Shown: positions 35,386 to 41,027 of the stretch, one piece after another
Position numbering within the stretch: position 1 is the stretch's first letter
Layout: the number at the start of each line of letters is the position of its first letter
Notes under the pieces: model-generated
The model's database searches: none
What the model was told of the DNA's origin: nothing
Seen by the model: the letters and a program-made list of their open reading frames with translations, nothing else
Translations under genes and position numbers: made by a program
Assembly (NCBI GenBank): GCA_964630005.1
Contig: CAZVSW010000001.1
Span: 1-41,027 of the forward strand
Direction: 5' to 3'
Length of the DNA stretch: 41,027 nucleotides
Source of the DNA: an uncultured Ruminococcus sp.
Lineage (GTDB): Bacteria > Bacillota > Clostridia > Oscillospirales > CAG-382

Positions 35386-37044
35386 ATGTCTGATACCGCA
35401 AAAAAAAGCTTTGTCGCCGAGGCGATGGTAATATCTGTTTCTAATTTGATAGTCAAGCTCATCGGGGTCTTTTTTAAGATCCCCATGAGCAACATGCTTC
35501 AGGAGGGCATGGGCGTATTCAATGCCGCTTATTCGATCTACGCCATGCTTTACATGGTGTCTACCTCAGGCCTTCCCGTGGCTATAAGCCGCATGGTCTC
35601 TGCCTCAGCAAAGCGCGGGCGGAGTCGCGAGGTCGAAAACATATACAGGGTCGGCAGCCTGATGTTCGGAGCTATCGGACTTGTCTGCACGCTCGTAATG
35701 TTTTTCGGCGCGGACGCTATCGCCGTATATTCCAAGCACGAGGACGCGGCGCTTGCGATGAAGATAATTGCGCCGACGCTCTTTCTTGTGTGTATCTCCT
35801 CTGCGGCGCGCGGATATTTTCAGGGGCTCAGAAACATGCTGCCGACGGCGATAAGCCAGTTCATCGAGGCGTTTTTCAAAATGGTCATCGGCATATCCGC
35901 GGCATTTATCGCGGTCAAAAGCGGGGCTTCGCCCGCCGTGAGCGCCGCCTGCGGAATTTCGGGACTTACAGCCGGCACACTGCTTTCGGCGCTGTTTTTG
36001 CTGTGGTGGAAAAAGATCGCCGATTCGGGAAGAAAAAGACCGCTTTCCGGCGGGACAAGCCGTCTGCGCGTTTTGGGAAAGAAGCTTGCGGTGATCGCCG
36101 TGCCGGTTACGATAACCTCCTCGGCGCTGTATTTTTCACAGTTTCTCGACACGCTCGTTATCAATAAAAGGCTCATCGCATCGGGGCTTTCTGCCGACGT
36201 TGCGGAAAGATTGTATTCATCGTACACAACGCTTTCGCTTTCACTTTCGGATATCCTGCCGTCCACTCTTGTTTTTCCCCTCGCCATATCCATTCTGCCG
36301 GCGGTATCTGCGGCGCTTTCGGCGGGCGACAGGTCGGGAGCAAAAAAATATATCAGGGACAGCATCCGCATGAGCACGATAATCGGTATGCCGTGCGCGT
36401 TCGGTCTTGCCGCTGTTTCGCGTCAGGCGATATCCCTCATATACGGTCCGAACTGGGGCAGACCGATCGAGCTTGCCGGCGGAACATATGCGCCGGTGGA
36501 CATCGCGGCGAACGCGCTTTCCATACTTTCTGTCGGCATAATATTCATATCGCTCCTTTCGACTACAAACGCGCTGCTTCAGGCGTGCGGAACGTCATAT
36601 CTGCCGATGGTATCTGTCGTCGGCGGAGTGGTCGTCCTTGTCGCCGTTGAGGTCATCCTTGTCGGCATACCCGCCGTCGGCATTTACGGCGCGCCTATTG
36701 CAACACTTGCGTGTTATGTGACGGCGCTGGCGCTTAACATGTTTTTCTTAAAGAAGTACCACGAAGTCAGGCTGTCCTTCAAATGGGTGTTCCTGAAGCC
36801 GCTTATATGCGCGCTCATGTGCGGAGTGGCCGCGTACGCCGTGGTCATCGCGTTCTCCATCGCGCCCGATACAAGGCTCTGGGCGGGAATCACGCTCGCA
36901 TGTGCGGGCGTCGCCGGTGTGACGGTATACGTCGTTTCGATGTGCGCGTTGAACGGCATCACCAAAAATGAGATATTCCTGCTTCCCAAGGGCAGAACAA
37001 TATATAGTATACTTGTCCGTACAGGACTTATGAAAGTTGAGTAG
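35386..37044 (+). CDS. MOP-superfamily polysaccharide/lipid II flippase (SpoVB / YabM-like)
   Basis: The 552-aa ORF is hydrophobic with about 14 TM segments. Its N-terminus (...NLIVKLIGVFFKIPMSNMLQEGMGVFNAAYSIY) is typical of the SpoVB/MurJ-like family. Its position upstream of mazG matches B. subtilis yabM. Confidence 0.8.
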   Translation: MSDTAKKSFVAEAMVISVSNLIVKLIGVFFKIPMSNMLQEGMGVFNAAYSIYAMLYMVSTSGLPVAISRMVSASAKRGRSREVENIYRVGSLMFGAIGLVCTLVMFFGADAIAVYSKHEDAALAMKIIAPTLFLVCISSAARGYFQGLRNMLPTAISQFIEAFFKMVIGISAAFIAVKSGASPAVSAACGISGLTAGTLLSALFLLWWKKIADSGRKRPLSGGTSRLRVLGKKLAVIAVPVTITSSALYFSQFLDTLVINKRLIASGLSADVAERLYSSYTTLSLSLSDILPSTLVFPLAISILPAVSAALSAGDRSGAKKYIRDSIRMSTIIGMPCAFGLAAVSRQAISLIYGPNWGRPIELAGGTYAPVDIAANALSILSVGIIFISLLSTTNALLQACGTSYLPMVSVVGGVVVLVAVEVILVGIPAVGIYGAPIATLACYVTALALNMFFLKKYHEVRLSFKWVFLKPLICALMCGVAAYAVVIAFSIAPDTRLWAGITLACAGVAGVTVYVVSMCALNGITKNEIFLLPKGRTIYSILVRTGLMKVE

Positions 37045-37050
37045 ATATCT

Positions 37051-37839
37051 ATGACAGTTGAACAGCTTATAGCCAAAAAAGGCGGTTATACCTTTGACGA
37101 TCTTGTTTCAATAATGCAAATACTCCGCGGAGAGGGCGGCTGTCCGTGGGATAGGGAACAGACGCACGAATCGATCAGAAAAAATCTTATTGAAGAGACA
37201 TATGAGGTCGTCGAGGCGATCGACAACGCCGACCCGACTCTGATGTGTGAGGAGCTCGGCGATCTTATACTTCAGGCGGTGTTTCACGCCAGGATCTCCG
37301 AAGAAGCGGGCGAGTTCAATATCAACGACGTCTGTAACGGCATCTGTGAAAAGCTTATTGTAAGACATCCTCATATCTTTGCCGATACTGTGGCTGATAC
37401 CTCTGACGAGGTTCTTAAAAACTGGGACGCGATCAAGCAGGAGACAAAGCACCAGAAGACCGAATCCGAAAAGCTCAGATCCATACCCCCGTCAATGCCG
37501 GCGCTTATGCGCGCATCCAAGACGGCGCAAAAGGCGGCAAAGGCAGGTATTGAGATACCGTCCGACGCGAAAAATGTGGGAGCTGTTTGGTCTGATATAG
37601 GCACATCCGACGGCGACGCCGCGTCCCGCATGATAGGCGATCTGCTGTTTGCAGTCGCGGACCTGGCGCGCAGAAACGGCGTTGACCCCGAAGAGGCGCT
37701 TTATAGATCTACCGACAGATTTATTAACCGTTTTGCCGCCACAGAAGCAAAGGTGCTTGAATCCGGAAAGCAGATGAAAGAGACCGAAAAAGGCAAACTC
37801 GCCGAAATTTGGAGCCAAACTTCGGAAATCGACGCATGA
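37051..37839 (+). CDS. mazG: MazG family nucleoside triphosphate pyrophosphohydrolase
   Basis: The 262-aa ORF reads ...LRGEGGCPWDREQTHESIRKNLIEETYEVVEAID...EELGDLILQ...RHPHIF and has a second MazG repeat. Confidence 0.9.
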   Translation: MTVEQLIAKKGGYTFDDLVSIMQILRGEGGCPWDREQTHESIRKNLIEETYEVVEAIDNADPTLMCEELGDLILQAVFHARISEEAGEFNINDVCNGICEKLIVRHPHIFADTVADTSDEVLKNWDAIKQETKHQKTESEKLRSIPPSMPALMRASKTAQKAAKAGIEIPSDAKNVGAVWSDIGTSDGDAASRMIGDLLFAVADLARRNGVDPEEALYRSTDRFINRFAATEAKVLESGKQMKETEKGKLAEIWSQTSEIDA

Positions 37840-37908
37840 TTGACCCCCTCCGGGGATAAAAACGAAGCAAAATCCGCAATTTTTTCTGTAAAAAGTTGAA
37901 AATCCCTA

Positions 37909-37937
37909 TTGCCAAACGTGATTTTTTTTGATATAAT
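37909..37937 (+). promoter_or_regulatory. Sigma-A promoter with extended -10 for hup
   Basis: TTGCCA (37909-37914), a 17-nt spacer ending in TGA, then TATAAT (37932-37937). Confidence 0.75.
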
Positions 37938-37985
37938 GAAAATGTTACTTACTTATCACAATATTTTTGAAAGGATTCATTTTTT

Positions 37986-38261
37986 ATGAACAAGACCAAC
38001 TTAATCGACATCGTTGCAGACAAGGCTAACCTTAAGAAAAAGGACGCCGAAGCAGCAGTTAACGCCGTATTTGCAGCGATTGAAAAAGACCTCACAGAGG
38101 GCGGAAAGGTTCAGATCGCCGGCTTTGGCTCTTTTAAAGTAAAAGAACGCAGCGCAAGAGTTGGCAGAAATCCCAAGACCCTTGAACAGATCGCCATCCC
38201 CGCAACCAAATCCCCCGTATTTGTTCCCGGTAAGAATCTCAAAGATTCCGTTAACGCGTAA
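37986..38261 (+). CDS. hup: DNA-binding protein HU
   Basis: The 91-aa ORF reads MNKTNLIDIVADKANLKKKDAEAAVNAVF...GFGSFKVKERSARVGRNPKT...IPA...PVF.PGK.LKD. Confidence 0.95.
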   Translation: MNKTNLIDIVADKANLKKKDAEAAVNAVFAAIEKDLTEGGKVQIAGFGSFKVKERSARVGRNPKTLEQIAIPATKSPVFVPGKNLKDSVNA

Positions 38262-38279
38262 CTTTTTTGTTGAGGCTTT

Positions 38280-38519
38280 ATGAGGTTAGATAAATATCTT
38301 AAGGTGTCGCGCATCATCAAACGAAGAACTGTTGCCAACGAAGCGTGCGACTCATCTTATGTCAAGGTAAACGGCCGCGTAGTAAAGGCCTCTTATGATG
38401 TGAAAATCGGTGACGTTGTGGAATTGTCGTTCGGGTCTCGTACCACTTCTTTTAAGGTCTTGTCGGTGGACGAGCCTAAAAAGAAGGACGACGCTGCCGC
38501 GATGTACGAGGTAGTATGA
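38280..38519 (+). CDS. S4-domain RNA-binding protein (YabO/Hsp15-like)
   Basis: The 79-aa ORF reads MRLDKYLKVSRIIKRRTVANEA...VKVNGRVVKASYDVKIGDVVEL. Its position matches B. subtilis yabO. Confidence 0.85.
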   Translation: MRLDKYLKVSRIIKRRTVANEACDSSYVKVNGRVVKASYDVKIGDVVELSFGSRTTSFKVLSVDEPKKKDDAAAMYEVV

Positions 38520-38550
38520 TCCCGAACTGAAAAACCTTCTGACGCCCGGC

Positions 38551-38578
38551 TCATATTTTTGTCTTTTTCGCATATAAT
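38551..38578 (+). promoter_or_regulatory. Candidate sporulation sigma-E-type promoter upstream of yabP
   Basis: TCATATT (38551-38557), a 13-nt spacer, then CATATAAT (38571-38578). This resembles the sigma-E consensus as I remember it (kmATATT ... CATACAmT), but the spacer may be about 1 nt short. Confidence 0.35.
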
Positions 38579-38600
38579 CATTGCGGAAGGATGGATTAAT

Positions 38601-38876
38601 ATGAACGAACGCCAGAAACTACATACACTAAGCCTGACAGACCGCAAGCTCCTTTGCGTTACCGGTGTTTCGGAGCTTATAGCATTTGATGAAGAGACTG
38701 TGTTGCTCGGAATGGGCGGAACTCAGCTCAGTATCGGCGGAAGCGGTCTTTCCGTGACCAGGCTTTCGCTTGAAAGCGGTGAGATCGATGTAAGCGGCAG
38801 GATCGACTCGATCGTATATGCCGAGGATGCGCCCGTCGGCAGATCATTCATGGCCCGGCTTTTGGGCAGGGGATGA
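38601..38876 (+). CDS. yabP: Sporulation protein YabP
   Basis: This is ORF 38559..38876 trimmed to ATG 38601, which is preceded by GGAAGGATGG. The product MNERQKLHTLSLTDRKLLCVTGVSELIAFDEETVLL...LSIGGSGLSVTRLSLESGEIDVSGRIDSIVY is typical of YabP. Confidence 0.88.
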   Translation: MNERQKLHTLSLTDRKLLCVTGVSELIAFDEETVLLGMGGTQLSIGGSGLSVTRLSLESGEIDVSGRIDSIVYAEDAPVGRSFMARLLGRG

Positions 38877-39319
38877 CAGTCGATTATACCGCACAGCAGC
38901 TGCTTGTTTTGTGGTCTGCGGTGTCAGGGGTTCTTTTAAGCATATATTATGACGTTTTTCGCCTGCTTCGCGCACTTGGAATAAGATCGCGCTTTTTCGT
39001 GTTTTTGCAGGACGTGGCGTTTTGTATCACCGCGGCGCTTACGTACATACTGCTTATATTTAATTTGTCAAACGGAGTTATCCGCTTTTATGCTTTTGTG
39101 ATCATTGCGGCGGCGTTTTTGCTGTGGCATTTCACTATAGGAGCATTGTTTATGAAGTGCGTTAACAGCATCAGGAACGCACTTATAACCGTATATCGCA
39201 AGATCAGTCGTGCACTGCATTCTTTTGCGGCAAAGCTTTTGGAGCGCCGCCGCGAAAAGATTGCAAAAAAGAAAGGAATAGCTGATGACAAGAAGAACCG
39301 GCGGCAACGTCATGGTTAG
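38873..39319 (+). CDS. yabQ: Spore cortex biosynthesis protein YabQ
   Basis: The 148-aa membrane protein has the YYDVFRLLR motif and 3-4 TM helices. Its start forms an ATGA overlap with yabP. Confidence 0.8.
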   Translation: MTVDYTAQQLLVLWSAVSGVLLSIYYDVFRLLRALGIRSRFFVFLQDVAFCITAALTYILLIFNLSNGVIRFYAFVIIAAAFLLWHFTIGALFMKCVNSIRNALITVYRKISRALHSFAAKLLERRREKIAKKKGIADDKKNRRQRHG

Positions 39320-39569
39320 ATTCGCGTTTTTATGCGTGCTTGTTATACTTGTTTTTGCCGTTGTAAATATGCAAATACAGCTCAAAGAGCTTAGAGAAAG
39401 CAAAGAACAGCTGGAGGAAAGCCTCCGGCGGGTTACCGATATAATTGAAGAAACCACGATCCGCCTCGATACGCCGATGACCGATGAATATATTGAACGC
39501 GTCGCTCGTCAGAAGCTGGGCTATCGTATGCCCGGCGAAATTATCTATTACAACGATCTCACTGATTAA
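39285..39569 (+). CDS. divIC: Septum formation initiator (FtsB/DivIC family)
   Basis: The 94-aa ORF has one TM helix (VRFAFLCVLVILVFAVV), a coiled coil (QIQLKELRESKEQLEESL) and a conserved tail (YIERVARQKLGYRMPGEIIY). GAAAGGAA precedes ATG 39285. An alternative start is ATG 39312. Confidence 0.85.
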   Translation: MTRRTGGNVMVRFAFLCVLVILVFAVVNMQIQLKELRESKEQLEESLRRVTDIIEETTIRLDTPMTDEYIERVARQKLGYRMPGEIIYYNDLTD

Positions 39570-39584
39570 GGGGTTATAAGCGTT

Positions 39585-39980
39585 ATGCAGACAGCAGGAA
39601 CGACCGTAAAGGGAAAAATCACCAAAATCACCGGCTATGGTGCTTTTGTGTCGGTTGACGGAGGCGGCTCCGGCATGATACATATATCCGAAGTGTCGAA
39701 GGGCTATGTCAAGGATATAAAGGAGCATCTGACGGAGGGGCAGGAGGTTGAGGCTTTTGTCATTTCGTGCGACGAAAACGGAAGACTTAATCTGTCTCTG
39801 CGCCGTCTTGCGCCAAAGCATGATTTTACCGCTGCGCCGCCCGAGGTGTCGTTCTTGTCTGAAAAAAGCGAATCGTTTGAAGAAATGATGCATCACTTCA
39901 AGACCGTCAGCGACGATAAGATGGGCGATCTGAAGCGCGGTTATGAAAATAAACGCGGAAATAGTAAACGGCGCAAATAA
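39585..39980 (+). CDS. S1 RNA-binding domain protein (YabR-like)
   Basis: The 131-aa ORF has an S1 fold: GTTVKGKITKITGYGAFVSVDGGGSGMIHISEVSKGYVKDIKEHLTEGQEVEAFVIS. Confidence 0.88.
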   Translation: MQTAGTTVKGKITKITGYGAFVSVDGGGSGMIHISEVSKGYVKDIKEHLTEGQEVEAFVISCDENGRLNLSLRRLAPKHDFTAAPPEVSFLSEKSESFEEMMHHFKTVSDDKMGDLKRGYENKRGNSKRRK

Positions 39981-39999
39981 AAAGCGCCGTTAAATTTTT
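39968..39999 (+). terminator. Intrinsic terminator ending the yabP-yabR block
   Basis: Stem ACGGCGC (39968-39974) pairs with GCGCCGT (39984-39990) across a 9-nt loop, followed by TAAATTTTT. The stem overlaps the stop codon. Confidence 0.75.
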
Positions 40000-40060
40000 G
40001 AGGGAATACCGTCGGGATCATGCGGTATCGCCTTAAGGACAATATATTTTCTTCGGAGGG

Positions 40061-40903
40061 ATGTTTATGCGTGATATAGAATGCGCTGTCATTACTGAAA
40101 GTGTAAAGAATATGTTTATTGCCGCGAACACACTGCTGCCGCAGGATGTGTCTGAGCGGCTGCACACATGCGCCGCGTGCGAACGCAACGAGAGGGCGGC
40201 AGGTATTTTGAAGCTGCTTTCCGAAAATGCGGAGATCGCCGAAGCTACGGGCATTCCGATCTGTCAGGATACCGGAATGGCTTTCGTGTTCGTGACCGTC
40301 GGTCAGGAGGTTCACATATCCGGCGGTTCGCTGAGGGACGCCATCAACGAGGGCGTACGGCAGGCGTACGACAAGGGTTGCCTGCGCAAGTCGGTCGCCG
40401 ACCCGCTTACGCGCGTCAATACGGGAGATAATACCCCTGCGATCATATATTTCGATATCATCGAAGGCGACGGTTTTGAGATCACCGCGCTTCCCAAGGG
40501 CTTCGGAAGCGAAAATATGAGCCGTATTAAAATGATGAACCCCACCGCTTCGGAGGACGATATTATCGCCTTTGTTACCGAAACGGTTACTGCCGCGGGA
40601 GGAAACCCCTGCCCGCCGACGGTCATAGGCGTTGGCATCGGCGGAAGCTTTGATTATTCCGCATATCTTGCAAAGAAGGCGCTTGCGCGTCCGATCGGTA
40701 ACGTCAGTGACAGCCGCGAAAGCAGGCTCGAACAAAAAATACTTCAGGCGCTCAATAAGACAAACGTCGGACCGCAGGGTCTTGGCGGCGATACCACCGC
40801 TCTTTGGGTCAACGTTGAAACTCACCCGACTCATATAGCGTCGCTTCCGGTCGCGGTCAACGTGTCCTGCCACGCGACACGGCATAAGAGCACAAAGCTG
40901 TAA
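40061..40903 (+). CDS. Fe-S type fumarate/tartrate hydro-lyase, alpha subunit (class I fumarate hydratase N-terminal type)
   Basis: The 280-aa ORF reads ...GIPICQDTGMAFVFV...PKGFGSENMS...PPTVIGVGIGGSFD...GPQGLGG.TTAL. GGAGGG precedes the ATG. Confidence 0.88.
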   Translation: MFMRDIECAVITESVKNMFIAANTLLPQDVSERLHTCAACERNERAAGILKLLSENAEIAEATGIPICQDTGMAFVFVTVGQEVHISGGSLRDAINEGVRQAYDKGCLRKSVADPLTRVNTGDNTPAIIYFDIIEGDGFEITALPKGFGSENMSRIKMMNPTASEDDIIAFVTETVTAAGGNPCPPTVIGVGIGGSFDYSAYLAKKALARPIGNVSDSRESRLEQKILQALNKTNVGPQGLGGDTTALWVNVETHPTHIASLPVAVNVSCHATRHKSTKL

Positions 40904-40961
40904 CACCTCCGCGCATTCATAATTTGTTTACGATATTTTATGTGAGTTCAACAAATTTTAC

Positions 40962-40990
40962 TTGATAAATTGCGTTCTCTATGGTATAAT
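40962..40990 (+). promoter_or_regulatory. Consensus sigma-A promoter with extended -10; its target lies beyond the right edge
   Basis: TTGATA (40962-40967), a 17-nt spacer ending in TGG, then TATAAT (40985-40990). No ORF or RNA gene is recognisable in the remaining 37 nt. Confidence 0.7.
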
Positions 40991-41027
40991 TTAATCGGGA
41001 CGTGAAGTAGATATGTTCTTAAGAACT

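Noticed and set aside
40006-40028. A hairpin ATACCG-11 nt-CGGTAT upstream of the fumarate hydratase gene, considered as a possible regulatory element.
   Set aside because: It has only 6 bp and a large loop, sits just downstream of a genuine terminator, and has nothing to distinguish it from chance.
1-41027. A search for defence systems, prophage or mobile-element genes, toxin-antitoxin pairs, CRISPR arrays and rRNA or tRNA genes across the whole window.
   Set aside because: Every ORF over 100 aa that is not antisense to a known gene is accounted for by a housekeeping or sporulation function or by the three uncharacterised proteins listed. I saw no integrase, transposase, nuclease-helicase pairs, regularly spaced repeats or cloverleaf-capable sequences.

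Overview
This window looks like ordinary core chromosome from a spore-forming Firmicute, probably a Clostridia or Oscillospiraceae-type organism. That placement is inferred from gene content and moderate GC judged by eye. I found no integrase, transposase, CRISPR array, tRNA or rRNA gene, or recognisable defence system, and I cannot support a claim of a new multi-gene system here.

Reverse-strand genes, left to right:
- mutS (runs off the left edge)
- a metallophosphoesterase
- thrC translationally coupled to pepF
- an SDR oxidoreductase
- a large secreted, wall-anchored protein with cohesin-like and discoidin-like modules
- a bicistron encoding an RNHCP zinc-ribbon protein and a multi-pass membrane protein

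A small DUF1540 gene on the forward strand sits between the metallophosphoesterase and thrC.

The long forward-strand block is highly syntenic with other Firmicutes:
- DUF1385, prmC, trmH-family methyltransferase, dprA, topA
- plsX, rnc, radical SAM, smc, ftsY
- rdgB, cdaA, cdaR, recJ, rel, dtd
- hemZ-like, uridine-kinase-like, SpoVB/YabM-like flippase, mazG
- hup, yabO-like S4, yabP, yabQ, divIC/ftsB, yabR-like S1
- fumarate hydratase alpha subunit

The items most worth a second look:
1. The surface-protein gene (7551-9791) is a self-contained cassette with signs of high expression. It has a consensus extended -10 promoter, a long 5' UTR with a hairpin, a strong terminator and hup-like codon usage. 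The protein carries two duplicated cohesin-like modules and an SPPTG sorting signal.
2. A promoter-less, GC-rich spacer of about 150 nt lies directly upstream of the SDR gene. It has a 14-bp long-range helix and a tRNA-like T-loop/ACCA 3' end abutting the Shine-Dalgarno sequence.
3. The uncharacterised RNHCP and membrane-protein pair.
4. A perfect consensus promoter at the right edge has no gene visible inside the window.

All coordinates and motifs come from my own reading of the sequence. No database search was run.
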